DNA of 32,698 bases from positions 1-32,698 of the forward strand of contig JAFPBP010000267.1 of the NCBI GenBank assembly GCA_017424085.1, given 5' to 3'. Origin of the DNA: Clostridia bacterium. Lineage in GTDB: Bacteria > Bacillota > Clostridia > Oscillospirales > UBA644. This document shows, piece by piece, positions 17,928 to 26,744 of this stretch (within the stretch, counting starts at the first letter, position 1; each line of letters starts with the position of its first letter). The position numbers and the translations under genes are program-made. The notes under the pieces were generated by a model. The model worked only from the letters and a program-made list of their open reading frames with translations. It had not been told where the DNA came from and did no database searches.

Positions 17928-17981
17928 GAGGGTTTTTGAAAGAAAAAAGGAATTCTTTGTAAACTTTTCAAAAACCGAGGA

Positions 17982-18992
17982 TCATTTTGCCTCGAAAATC
18001 TTCATATCGCCCTTTCTGACCCAATTCAGCTTGCGGAATGCGGCGTCGAAGAAGAGGGTCAAGGCGGCGGGCAGAAGGAAATGCATCAGCAGGATCTCCA
18101 CAAGGAACATCCAGAAGGACATGGTTCCGCCCATAGCATCGTAAGCGCCGAACTGCCCCACAAGCCCGCTGGTGCCCATACCTGCGCCCTGCGGCGTATT
18201 GGTCATTTTCAGAACAGCGGCGGAGACGGGGCCCAAAATGGCGGATGCCAGCGTGGGAGCCAGCCAGATGATGGGACGGCGAACGATGTTGGAGAATTGA
18301 AGCATGGAGGTTCCCAAGCCCTGAGACAAGGCGCCTCCCAGCCCGTTATCCCGCCAGGACGCCACGGCAAAGCCCACCATCTGACAGCAGCATCCTACGC
18401 AGGCGGCACCTGCGGCAATGCCGTCCAGCCCGATCATAATGCAGAGGGCGGCAGAGGAAATGGGAGCGGTCAGAGCAAGCCCGACCAGCACAGAAATCAC
18501 GATTCCCATGGGGATGGGAGCAAGCTCGGTAGCATTGTTGACCAGAGCGCCGAAGGCGGTCATGAAGCGGGAGACATAGGGGCCCACGAAAATGCCCACA
18601 AGTCCGCCCGTGATGATGGTGATCAGCGGAGTGACGACGATATCGATCTTGGTCTTCCCTGCCAGAATGTTTCCCAGCTCAGCACCCACCACAGCGGCAA
18701 TATACGCCCCCACGGGACCGCCCGCCAGATACCCCACGGCACCCACGGCGGCGGAGGAAAACATGGTCAGAGGCTTCACCTTCAAGCCCCAGGATACGGC
18801 AACGCCGATGGCGGCACCGACAACCCCGTCACTCTTCACGACGGCGGCGATCTCGTTCAAAACCGAAAGACCGGGGATCTTGGCGAACTGAGAAATAATC
18901 AGTCCGATGATCAGCGACGAGAACAGACCCAGCGCCATCGCACCCAATGCATCCACAAAATAGCGTTTCAAAATCTTTTTCACCATATCCAT
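17982..18992 (-). CDS. EIIC-like polytopic membrane permease (PTS_EIIC_2-type family). No EIIA or EIIB partner is nearby.
   Basis: The ORF is 336 aa and very hydrophobic and Gly/Ala-rich. The N-terminus (KKILKRYFVDALGAMALGLFSSLIIGLIISQ) resembles the stand-alone EIIC-like family as I recall it. This assignment comes from memory, not from a search. Confidence 0.6.
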   Translation of the reverse strand: MDMVKKILKRYFVDALGAMALGLFSSLIIGLIISQFAKIPGLSVLNEIAAVVKSDGVVGAAIGVAVSWGLKVKPLTMFSSAAVGAVGYLAGGPVGAYIAAVVGAELGNILAGKTKIDIVVTPLITIITGGLVGIFVGPYVSRFMTAFGALVNNATELAPIPMGIVISVLVGLALTAPISSAALCIMIGLDGIAAGAACVGCCCQMVGFAVASWRDNGLGGALSQGLGTSMLQFSNIVRRPIIWLAPTLASAILGPVSAAVLKMTNTPQGAGMGTSGLVGQFGAYDAMGGTMSFWMFLVEILLMHFLLPAALTLFFDAAFRKLNWVRKGDMKIFEAK

Positions 18993-19139
18993 TTCACAGG
19001 ACCTCCCATGATATTTTCCCTATTATAGCACATTTTTTTATAAAATGCAAGGGGATTTTCCCGTTTTTTCATGCTCCTTCAAAATTTCGCTCATAACGGG
19101 CTTCTTTTTGGGGAGAATAACGAAAAAAGGAGGCGTTCC

Positions 19140-20075
19140 ATGAACATCAGAACCGACCTTGCCACCGAGCAGGGAGAATTGAAGCATCTGGGAGAAAAGG
19201 ACGGATTTTATGAAACGGTCACACAGGGGGACATCCCTGTCTCCCGCGTGCGGATCGTCAACGAAAACGCCGCACAGCTGACGGGAAAGCCCATCGGGAA
19301 TTACGCCACAATATTTTTTGACGGCGCATTCTCCGATGATGCGTTGTTCGATCAAGCCGTGGAGCGAACGGCAGAGGTGATCCGCGAATTTTTGAAGGGC
19401 GCGCAAAACGTGCTTGCGGTGGGACTCGGAAATGCGGAAATGACCGCAGACGCCTTGGGGCCGAAGGTTATCGACCGCCTCGTCGTATCCCGTCATCTGA
19501 AGGACAAGCTTCCCGATCTGTACCGTCAATTGGCATTGGGAAATCTTTCCGCGCTTCGTCCGGGAGTTCTGGGGCAAACGGGGATCGAAACGGCGGAAAT
19601 GATCCGCGCCGCCGCCGACACCGTCTCCCCCGATGCCATTCTGGTCTTCGATGCGCTGGCGTCCCGTCGGGCAAAGAGGCTCTGCGCCACCGTTCAGATC
19701 AGCGATACGGGCATCGTTCCCGGCTCGGGAGTGGGAAATCACCGCGCCGCCGTCAATCGGGAGTATTTGGGGGTTCCCGTCATCAGCGTGGGCGTCCCCA
19801 CCGTGGTAGACGCGGCGACATTGGCGGTGGATACGCTGGAAAAGGTGCGGGATCGGATGGACGAGAGCGAACGGGCAATGGCGAAGGCTTGGACCGAGGA
19901 CGAGGGGGACCGCCTGCGCCACGCCATGGGGGATTACGAGAACAATCTCATCGTCACCCCGCAGGATATCGACGCTCTCATCGACCGCACGGCAAAACTG
20001 TTGGCAACGGCGGCAAATCAGGCAATTCATCGCAACGTGGACCGAGAGCAGATGGACCTGCTTTGCCGTGTATAA
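19140..20075 (+). CDS. gpr: Germination protease GPR (spore SASP endopeptidase, peptidase A25)
   Basis: The N-terminus is MNIRTDLATEQ, and it has AVGLGNAEMTADALGP and VFDALASR. The ATG at 19140 has AAAGGAGG 7 nt upstream. The track start at 19071 adds 23 unsupported residues. Confidence 0.9.
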   Translation: MNIRTDLATEQGELKHLGEKDGFYETVTQGDIPVSRVRIVNENAAQLTGKPIGNYATIFFDGAFSDDALFDQAVERTAEVIREFLKGAQNVLAVGLGNAEMTADALGPKVIDRLVVSRHLKDKLPDLYRQLALGNLSALRPGVLGQTGIETAEMIRAAADTVSPDAILVFDALASRRAKRLCATVQISDTGIVPGSGVGNHRAAVNREYLGVPVISVGVPTVVDAATLAVDTLEKVRDRMDESERAMAKAWTEDEGDRLRHAMGDYENNLIVTPQDIDALIDRTAKLLATAANQAIHRNVDREQMDLLCRV

Positions 20076-20098
20076 AACCGCACCCCAAAGCATACAAT
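20070..20098 (+). promoter_or_regulatory. Candidate SigE-type (mother-cell) promoter for spoIIP
   Basis: GTATAAA (20070-20076), a 14-nt spacer and CATACAAT (20091-20098) fit the Bacillus SigE consensus as I recall it (xxATAxx, 14 nt, CATACAxT). The site lies 62 nt upstream of the spoIIP ATG, and its -35 element overlaps the gpr stop codon. Confidence 0.45.
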
Positions 20099-20159
20099 GA
20101 CGGTATGACAGTGCGGTTTCCTTCGGGGAACCACATTCTACCGAAGGAGAAGGAAAACC

Positions 20160-21221
20160 ATGATAAAGCTGAAATCTGCAATCCTTTGTACTGCCGCGGC
20201 GGCATTGATCCCGGGGATCATCCTGACGTCTTCGGGGATGGTCCCTGCCTCTGCCCTGTCATACGGCGTGAAAGAGCCGTCGCCCGACGACTCGCTGCGC
20301 GCCCTGACGCTGTCTCTGCCGTCTTTTCCGACCGACCTTGGAATGGAGGAAGATCGATCGGAGGAGACGGAGGAGACGAGCTCGGACGGAACGTCTTCCG
20401 TTCCCGTCTTCGGAGAGGCAGACTATACCGTAACGGTTCCGTCGGCGCCGTCGAAGGCGGAGAAGATCGTCAAAAAGACCTACGCCTCCTCCCTTTCCAT
20501 CAACAATAAGACCTCCAAATCCATGTCGATCACAGACCTTCTCTCCCGCGTGCCCGACGTGGATCTGTCGGGAGACGGGCCGCAGATCCTCATCGTACAT
20601 ACCCACACCAGCGAAAGCTACAACGAAACGGGGCAGGGCTGGTACACGACCCAATCCACCCGAACCACAGATCCCACCCGCAATATGGTGCGGATGGGAG
20701 AGATTTTGGAGGAAACGCTGACGGAGGCGGGATACGGGGTGATCCATTGCCAGGTCATTCACGATGACGAATACACCGAATCTTATCCCACCTGTCGAAA
20801 AAGCGTGGAGGAATGCCTGAAAAGATTTCCGTCCGTTTCGGTGATCATCGACCTGCATCGGGATTCTCTTTTGGACGACGGAGGCACCAAATACCGCCCC
20901 GTAACCGAGATCAACGGAGTTCCCACGGCGCAGGTGATGCTTCTGATGGGAACGGGAAAATCCACGGCACCTCAACCCCATTGGGAGAAAAACCTCTGCC
21001 TTGCCGCATGGATCCAACGGGAGGGCTGTGAGCGATACCCCGGATTTTTGCGCCCCATTCTGGTGCAGGCGTTGCAGTACAATCAGGATATTTCCAACGG
21101 CGCCATTTTGGTGGAGCTGGGCGCCTGCGGCAACTCCCCCGCCGAGGCGGAAGCCGCCGCCCGACTGTTCGGAGAGATCTGTGCCCGTGCGCTGGATCGC
21201 ATCAAAGAGGCGCAGTCGTGA
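20160..21221 (+). CDS. spoIIP: Stage II sporulation protein P (engulfment peptidoglycan hydrolase)
   Basis: The ORF is 353 aa with an N-terminal anchor. It has the SpoIIP signature QILIVHTHTSESY and later IDLHRDS. A GAAGGAGAAGGAAAA RBS region lies upstream, and the gene directly follows gpr as in Bacillus. Confidence 0.9.
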   Translation: MIKLKSAILCTAAAALIPGIILTSSGMVPASALSYGVKEPSPDDSLRALTLSLPSFPTDLGMEEDRSEETEETSSDGTSSVPVFGEADYTVTVPSAPSKAEKIVKKTYASSLSINNKTSKSMSITDLLSRVPDVDLSGDGPQILIVHTHTSESYNETGQGWYTTQSTRTTDPTRNMVRMGEILEETLTEAGYGVIHCQVIHDDEYTESYPTCRKSVEECLKRFPSVSVIIDLHRDSLLDDGGTKYRPVTEINGVPTAQVMLLMGTGKSTAPQPHWEKNLCLAAWIQREGCERYPGFLRPILVQALQYNQDISNGAILVELGACGNSPAEAEAAARLFGEICARALDRIKEAQS

Positions 21222-22351
21222 AGCGATTTCTTGCGATCCTTTTGACGGTTTTCCTTCTTCCGTCCCTCTCCCTGCACGCCGCCCCCGTCTGCAACGCCAA
21301 GGCGGCAATCGTCATCGAAGCCTCCTCGGGTGCGGTTCTCTATGAAAAGAACGCCGATCTGCTCCTGCCCGAGGCATCCACAACCAAGATCATGACGGCT
21401 CTTCTGGTGCTGGAGCAGACGGATCTGTCGAAAGAATTTACCGTGTCAACGAGGGCGGCGGCAACCGAAGGTTCTCAGCTGGGACTCGCAGCGGGAGATC
21501 GGCTTTCGGTGCAGGATCTGCTTTGGATCCTCATGCTGAAATCGGGCAACGATGCGGCGGTGGCGCTGGCGGAAGGGGTCTGCGGGACGGTGGAACGGTT
21601 CGTGGTCGCCATGAATCAACGGGCAGAAGAATTGGGATTATCCTCCACACGCTTTCAAAATCCCCACGGACTTCCCGCCCAAGGGCACGAAACCACGGCA
21701 CGGGATCTGGCGGAGCTGACGGCGGCAGCGCTGGAAAACGCCGCGTTCGCACAGCTCGTAGCGACGAAAAAGGCGACGCTTACCTATAAAAAAATCGTTC
21801 TTGAAAATTCCAACAAGCTTCTGTGGTCCTGCAACGGGGTCATTGGAGTAAAAACGGGATTCACCAAGGCGGCGGGGCGCTGTCTGGTCTCGGCGGCGGA
21901 GCGAGAGGGGGTCCGACTCATCTGCGTGACCCTCAACGATCCCGACGATTGGAGGGACCATGCGGTCCTGTACGACGCCTGCTTTTCCCGTGTGGAACGG
22001 CAAATATGGCTCAAGGCGGGAGAATACCGCGGGCAGGTTCCGACCCTGGACGGGGAATCGTGGGTCACCGTTACCAACGCAGAACCGATCAGCCGTATCG
22101 TTATCGACGGGATCCCCCAAGGGGGAACCCTCGTTCAGGATACCCTTCCCCGCACCTTTGCCCCCGTCCCGCAGGGGCGACGGATGGGACGGCTTTTGCT
22201 CTGCTCGGAGCGGGGACGCACGGTCTGCGCCGTCCCGTTGGAGGCGGCAGCACGGGTGGAGCAGAAAAAAGAGGAAAGAACCCTGTTCGGCTCTTTCCTC
22301 TTGAAGATACAAAAATTGTGGCGGGCGCTTATTTCAAAAACTGCTTTTTGA
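21218..22351 (+). CDS. D-alanyl-D-alanine carboxypeptidase (peptidase S11, DacB/DacF-like)
   Basis: It has a signal peptide and the SxxK (EASTTKIMTA), SxN (LKSGNDAA) and KTG (GVKTGFT) motifs. Its GTG start overlaps the spoIIP stop codon (GTGA at 21218-21221), which suggests translational coupling. Confidence 0.9.
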   Translation: MKRFLAILLTVFLLPSLSLHAAPVCNAKAAIVIEASSGAVLYEKNADLLLPEASTTKIMTALLVLEQTDLSKEFTVSTRAAATEGSQLGLAAGDRLSVQDLLWILMLKSGNDAAVALAEGVCGTVERFVVAMNQRAEELGLSSTRFQNPHGLPAQGHETTARDLAELTAAALENAAFAQLVATKKATLTYKKIVLENSNKLLWSCNGVIGVKTGFTKAAGRCLVSAAEREGVRLICVTLNDPDDWRDHAVLYDACFSRVERQIWLKAGEYRGQVPTLDGESWVTVTNAEPISRIVIDGIPQGGTLVQDTLPRTFAPVPQGRRMGRLLLCSERGRTVCAVPLEAAARVEQKKEERTLFGSFLLKIQKLWRALISKTAF

Positions 22352-23171
22352 AGCGGCGCTCATGCTCGGACATATTGCGCTGGCGGCGGTTGCGGGATGC
22401 CGCTGCCTCCGCGGCTTTTTGTGCGGAAACCTTTTTCACCTTGCGCACGTAAGGAATGCCGACGCCGTTGAGCAGGGCTTCCTTTTCCTTTTCGGTCAAG
22501 GGACGGTATTCTCCGGGCTGCAGATGTCCCAGCGAAACCTCCCCTTCCGCGATGCGCTTCAGGAGCATGACCTCCAACCCCAAAACCTCGCAAATGCGGC
22601 GGATTTCACGGTTTTTGCCCTCGGTAATGGTCACGTGAAGGACGGTCTTCCCTTCCTGCTCCCGATGGACCTGAACCCCTGCGGGCTGGGTCTTTTCGCC
22701 ATCGTCCAGAACCACGCCCTCCCGAAAACGGGTCAGCTGATCCAGGCTGACCTCTCCGCGCACGGTAACGCGGTAGGTCTTTGCAACGGCGTGAGAGGGA
22801 TGGGTCAGGCGCTGCGCCAGATCTCCGTCGTCGGTGAGGATCAAAAGCCCCTCCGAATCACGGTCCAGCCGCCCGACGGGATAGACCCGCCCCTTGATGC
22901 CCTTGATCAGATCGGCAACCACGCTTCGGTCGTCCTGCGCCTTCATGGCGGTGATGACCCCACGGGGCTTGTAGAAGATAAAATACCGTTTTTCCGCGGC
23001 ACGGGGACGGATACGCTTTCCGTCGCAATAAACGGAATCGGCAACGGGATCCACGTCCATTCCGATCTGTGCGGGCTTGCCGTTGACGGTGATCTTCCCC
23101 TCACGGATCAGATCCTCGGCGGCACGGCGGGAGCATACGCCGCTTTCGGCGATAAATTTCTGAATTCTCAA
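22329..23171 (-). CDS. rluB: 23S rRNA pseudouridine synthase (RsuA/RluB family) with a basic C-terminal tail
   Basis: It has an S4 domain (MRIQKFIAESGVCSRRAAEDLIREGKITVNG) and the catalytic-Asp motif VGRLDRDSEGLLILTDDG. The TTG start lies 7 nt after AAAGGA. Confidence 0.85.
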   Translation of the reverse strand: MRIQKFIAESGVCSRRAAEDLIREGKITVNGKPAQIGMDVDPVADSVYCDGKRIRPRAAEKRYFIFYKPRGVITAMKAQDDRSVVADLIKGIKGRVYPVGRLDRDSEGLLILTDDGDLAQRLTHPSHAVAKTYRVTVRGEVSLDQLTRFREGVVLDDGEKTQPAGVQVHREQEGKTVLHVTITEGKNREIRRICEVLGLEVMLLKRIAEGEVSLGHLQPGEYRPLTEKEKEALLNGVGIPYVRKVKKVSAQKAAEAAASRNRRQRNMSEHERRFKKQFLK

Positions 23172-23220
23172 AATAGTATCCTTTCTGCAATGACGTCACG
23201 TCATGGCGTGAGAATGGTTG

Positions 23221-26091
23221 TTACGGAGAAACGGGAATCGGGGTTCCCGTGTTCTCCGAGGTGGTTTCGTTGATCGGTGCGGGGGTCTCTCCTCCGTTCA
23301 CGGAGGGATCGGTGGGATCTCCCGTTTCGCCGTTCTCGGGAACGGAGGGCGTCGGGGGAACGATCACCATTTCGGGGTCGGTCAGATAGTTGGGAGCATC
23401 CCCGTAATACTCATGGGTGGTGCAGACGCAGTTGGAGCGGCCGCTGCTGCTCGAGGAAACCCCGGGGAATTCCCCTTCGGGAAGCGCATAGCAGGGATAT
23501 TTTCGATCCACCAGAAGAACCATTCCCTCGGTCAGTCGGGGACAGACCGTTCCGCCGTCGCTGACCGTGATCTCGCACTTGAAGGAGCGCTGGATATCAA
23601 CGAAGGTACGAAGGACCTTCTCGGGACAACCCTCGTGGGCAATGCGGTTGGACTCGGCGCAGACGTACAGCTGATGGTGAACGTCACAGGTTTCGGTAGG
23701 CTCCGTGCCTCTCTTGTAATAGAAGGTCTGCACGCAGGATCCGCGGGGATCGGAGGAGCAGTAGGGACCGGGGAGCTTGCCGCTCTTATAACAGACGGAG
23801 CAGGAGATGATATCGGAGGGCTTATCCATGGAGGATTCGGTGATGCCCTTCATATGATGGATCTCCAGCATCACGTCGTGCCACATGACGATATGATGGG
23901 TATTGTTCAGCTCGCTGGGGGTATCGTAGCCCCACCAGATGCCCGCCAGATAATCGTCGGTATAGCCCACGAACCAGCGGTCCTTGTATTCATTGGTGGT
24001 ACCGGATTTTCCTGCCGTGTAGATATCACCCAGATTCGCCTGCCCCGCAGAAGCGGCGCTGGTTACAGCACCGTGCAGAATGTCGGTGATCAGGAATGCG
24101 GTCTCGGCAGAGAAGACCTCCTCCCGTTCCACGGCATTATCCAGCAGGATGGATCCGTCATGGGAGACCACGCGATCGTAGGAGCGGGTATAGGTGTAGA
24201 TCCCTTCGCAGGCAAAGATGGAATAGGCGGTGACCATTTCACGGACGGTGACGCCGTGCGTCAGAGCACCCACCGACAGAGGCGCAAGGGACTGACCGTC
24301 GGCAGCGACCAGATTCTTGAAATGGAGGGTGTTGACCATGAAATCGTAGGACTTGGCGATCCCAACCATCTCAAGCGCCCGTGCGGCAGGCGTATTCAAA
24401 GAACCGGACAGGGCACGGAACACAGAGATCATTCCGTTGTAGTTACGGTTGTAGTTGACGGGCCATTTATATCCTTCCTCGTCGGTCAGAACGGGGACGT
24501 CGTCAATGGCAGAGCCCAGAGTCAGGATATCGTTCTCAATGGCATAGCCGTAAACGCTCAAGGGCTTAATGGACGATCCCGGCTGACGGACGGCGTGGGT
24601 AGCGCGGTTCAGAGAGAAGGATTTCTCCTTTTCACCACGCCCGCCGATCACGGCGAGAATGGCGCCCGTGTCGGGGTTGGTGACCATCATTGCCAACTGA
24701 GGCAGCTCGACGGATCCGTCCTCCAGGGTGATGACATCCTTTTCGGATCCCTTGTACTTGAAATTATCCTCGTTGGAGAAGAAGGATTCCAGATAAGACT
24801 GAATGTCGGGATCGATGCAGGCATAGATCTGAAGACCGCCGCGGTATACCAATCGATTGGCTTCCGCCTCGGTATAGCCCTCCGCCTTCAGATCGGCGAT
24901 CACGTCGCGGATGACCATATCGGTGTAGTAGCTGTAGACGGTCTTGGTGGTTTCCACCTCTTCCTCGGTCTGCTCCCGATTCGCCACGAGATCGGGCTCG
25001 GCATTCCGATAGAGTTCGAACTCTTCCTGCGTAATGAACCCCTGCTGGTACATATACCAGAGGCAGTTTATGCGACGGGTCCGATTCCGCTCGGGATAGA
25101 GGGTCGGATCAAATGCGGTGGGGGATTTGGTGATGACGATGATGGTTGCGGCTTCCAGGGGATCCAGCTCGGAAACATCCTTGCCGAAATAAGTCTTCGC
25201 CGCCGCCGCAACACCGTTTGCACCGGAGCCGAAATAGACGGTATTCAGATAATACTCCAGAATCTGATCCTTATCGTACCGCCGCTCGATATACAGCGCC
25301 TGCAGCATTTCCTTGATCTTACGCATGGGGGTCTGATCGGCTTCCCCCGTAATGTTTTTGATCACCTGCTGGGTCAGAGTCGAGCCACCGCCAATGCCCG
25401 AGGTCGGGCGATGCGTCACGTAAGCGAAGGAATATTCCAGAACCGCACGGACCAGACGGATGGGGTCCACGCCCATGTGCTGATAGAAGCGCTTATCCTC
25501 GATTGCGATCGTAGCGTTCTTCACGTTTTGGGAGATTTCATCCCCCGAGACCCAGATACGGTTTCCCGAGGAGCTTTCCACGCTCTGATAAACGTAGCTC
25601 TCCCCCGTGGTGGGATTGGTGGCATAGATGAAGGACGTATAGTCCATATCCATGGTAGCGAACCGCTCGTCCAGCTCGGGATCGGAGAAGGAATAGATCA
25701 CCGATACCATAACGCCGAGCGCGATCACGCCGATGATCCCGCCCAGGCAGATCATATGCAGGATAAAGGTCCAGCATCCCTTGAGGAACCGAAGGATCCA
25801 GGGCTTGCGGCGGGCATAATGCATGGGGTCGGTAACCCAAAGGGGAGCATTCCCGTCGGGATATTCCGAAAGGTCGGGCAGCTTTCTCAGACGCCTGCGA
25901 TCGGGATCGACGCGGCGACGGAAGAAGGCGGCAATGGATGCCCAAAAGCCAAGATCCTCTTCCTTCTCTACCTTTCTCTTCTTCTTTTTCTTCGTGCTCT
26001 TTTCGGCTTGCTTGCGCCGCCCTGAGCGCGGACCGACGACGGGCTGCTCCAGTCCGTCGCGATTCAGGTTGTTATCGTCAAAATTACTCAC
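23221..26091 (-). CDS. Class A penicillin-binding protein (bifunctional glycosyltransferase GT51 / transpeptidase) with N- and C-terminal extensions
   Basis: The ORF is 956 aa with a GTG start 7 nt after GGAGG. GT51 motifs are present (IAIEDKRFYQHMGVD, GGSTLTQQ, RKIKE). Transpeptidase motifs are also present (SxxK in QPGSSIKPL, SxN in SGSLNTP, KSG in AGKSGTT). Confidence 0.9.
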   Translation of the reverse strand: MSNFDDNNLNRDGLEQPVVGPRSGRRKQAEKSTKKKKKRKVEKEEDLGFWASIAAFFRRRVDPDRRRLRKLPDLSEYPDGNAPLWVTDPMHYARRKPWILRFLKGCWTFILHMICLGGIIGVIALGVMVSVIYSFSDPELDERFATMDMDYTSFIYATNPTTGESYVYQSVESSSGNRIWVSGDEISQNVKNATIAIEDKRFYQHMGVDPIRLVRAVLEYSFAYVTHRPTSGIGGGSTLTQQVIKNITGEADQTPMRKIKEMLQALYIERRYDKDQILEYYLNTVYFGSGANGVAAAAKTYFGKDVSELDPLEAATIIVITKSPTAFDPTLYPERNRTRRINCLWYMYQQGFITQEEFELYRNAEPDLVANREQTEEEVETTKTVYSYYTDMVIRDVIADLKAEGYTEAEANRLVYRGGLQIYACIDPDIQSYLESFFSNEDNFKYKGSEKDVITLEDGSVELPQLAMMVTNPDTGAILAVIGGRGEKEKSFSLNRATHAVRQPGSSIKPLSVYGYAIENDILTLGSAIDDVPVLTDEEGYKWPVNYNRNYNGMISVFRALSGSLNTPAARALEMVGIAKSYDFMVNTLHFKNLVAADGQSLAPLSVGALTHGVTVREMVTAYSIFACEGIYTYTRSYDRVVSHDGSILLDNAVEREEVFSAETAFLITDILHGAVTSAASAGQANLGDIYTAGKSGTTNEYKDRWFVGYTDDYLAGIWWGYDTPSELNNTHHIVMWHDVMLEIHHMKGITESSMDKPSDIISCSVCYKSGKLPGPYCSSDPRGSCVQTFYYKRGTEPTETCDVHHQLYVCAESNRIAHEGCPEKVLRTFVDIQRSFKCEITVSDGGTVCPRLTEGMVLLVDRKYPCYALPEGEFPGVSSSSSGRSNCVCTTHEYYGDAPNYLTDPEMVIVPPTPSVPENGETGDPTDPSVNGGETPAPINETTSENTGTPIPVSP

Positions 26092-26144
26092 GGAAAAACC
26101 TCCAGAGAAAAACGGGATGCGTGTTAGTATAAGAATACAAGTAT

Positions 26145-26173
26145 ATTATACACCATTTTTTCCGAAATTGCAA
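26145..26173 (-). promoter_or_regulatory. SigA-type promoter of the PBP gene
   Basis: The reverse strand reads TTGCAA, then 17 nt, then TATAAT (-35 at 26168-26173, -10 at 26145-26150). It lies about 55 nt upstream of the GTG start. Confidence 0.65.
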
Positions 26174-26245
26174 GGGGTTTTCCCGCAGATCGGGAAAATC
26201 ACACAAAATCGTTCCATCTTTTTCCGAATTTACGGAAAAATTCGG

Positions 26246-26686
26246 TCAGACAACGCCCTTTTGAAGCATTACGTTGGCGTAAACGGCGCTCTCCCCCGTA
26301 GCAATGATGGCGTAGCAGGTGCGGGCACGGTCGTAGAACTCAAAGCGCTCCACCTGCCCCACGGCGGCGCTTCCCCGCGCATCGTGCTTGGAAACGATGG
26401 ATTCGTATTCCTTCCAAATGGGAGTTTCGATCTTTCCCACGTCCCGATCCATCAGCGCCATCAGAGACACGGGGGTGTCCACGTAGGTATCCAAAGGGAA
26501 CACCTGCAGAATGGCATCCAGAAGCTCGGGGATATTGCAGGAATCGTAGCGCAGGACGATAGCGTTCTTTCCCATACTTTCGGAGGGAAAATTTCCGTCC
26601 GCCAGCACAATGCGGTCGCTGTGTCCCATTTCACAGAGGACCTTCAGAAGCTCGGGGGAAAGGATTTTGGGAATGCCCTTTAACAT
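26246..26686 (-). CDS. fucU: L-fucose mutarotase (RbsD/FucU family)
   Basis: The ORF is 146 aa. MLKGIPKILSPELLKVLCEMGHSDRIVLADGNFP closely resembles the FucU N-terminus, including the GH-D active-site region. Confidence 0.8.
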   Translation of the reverse strand: MLKGIPKILSPELLKVLCEMGHSDRIVLADGNFPSESMGKNAIVLRYDSCNIPELLDAILQVFPLDTYVDTPVSLMALMDRDVGKIETPIWKEYESIVSKHDARGSAAVGQVERFEFYDRARTCYAIIATGESAVYANVMLQKGVV

Positions 26687-26715
26687 AACGGATACCTCGT
26701 CTCGGTTTTTCTTTC

Positions 26716-26744
26716 ATTATAGCACAAAGCCGCCGTTTTGTAAA
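26716..26744 (-). promoter_or_regulatory. SigA-type promoter of fucU
   Basis: The reverse strand reads TTTACA, then 17 nt, then TATAAT (-35 at 26739-26744, -10 at 26716-26721). It lies 30 nt upstream of the ATG at 26686. Confidence 0.55.

Noticed and set aside
18993-19139. A forespore (SigF/SigG) promoter for gpr. A similar search was done upstream of sleB at 10006-10180.
   Set aside because: Such promoters are expected from Bacillus biology, but I found only partial matches. Upstream of sleB there is GAATA, then 17-18 nt, then AATACTG. Upstream of gpr there is nothing convincing. This is too weak to call without a position weight matrix scan or transcription-start data.
159-21308. Other long antisense or alternative-frame ORFs in the track: 159-881, 800-1387, 874-1938, 3026-4195, 4531-5253, 5054-6358, 6921-7949, 7309-7974, 8053-9054, 9559-10233, 12550-13392, 13509-14759, 14916-16289, 16982-17524, 18081-19028, 19038-20093, 19889-20509, 20259-21308. 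The same applies to 21638-22312, 21823-22452 and 22362-23273.
   Set aside because: Each overlaps a gene whose product has clear family motifs or membrane-protein character. Their translations are Arg/Gly/His/Pro-rich low-complexity strings typical of wrong-frame reading in GC-rich DNA.
23190-23204. The palindromic atgacgtcacgtcat (containing TGACGTCA) between the PBP stop codon and the rluB start
   Set aside because: It is only a 6-bp stem with a 3-nt loop and has no T tract. It is short enough to occur by chance, so it has no supportable function.
23218-26025. A 935-aa ORF on the plus strand, antisense to the PBP gene
   Set aside because: Its product is low-complexity (rich in Gly, Asp, His, Arg, Ile and Val) with no recognisable motif and no RBS. 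The opposite strand carries every GT51 and transpeptidase signature. Long stop-free antisense frames are expected in DNA of about 60% GC.
26174-26245. Two small hairpins after the fucU stop codon (ccgaattt/aaattcgg and ttttccc/gggaaaa), considered as terminators
   Set aside because: Neither is followed by a T tract on the transcribed (minus) strand, so I cannot support an intrinsic terminator. Readthrough toward the PBP promoter region is equally possible.
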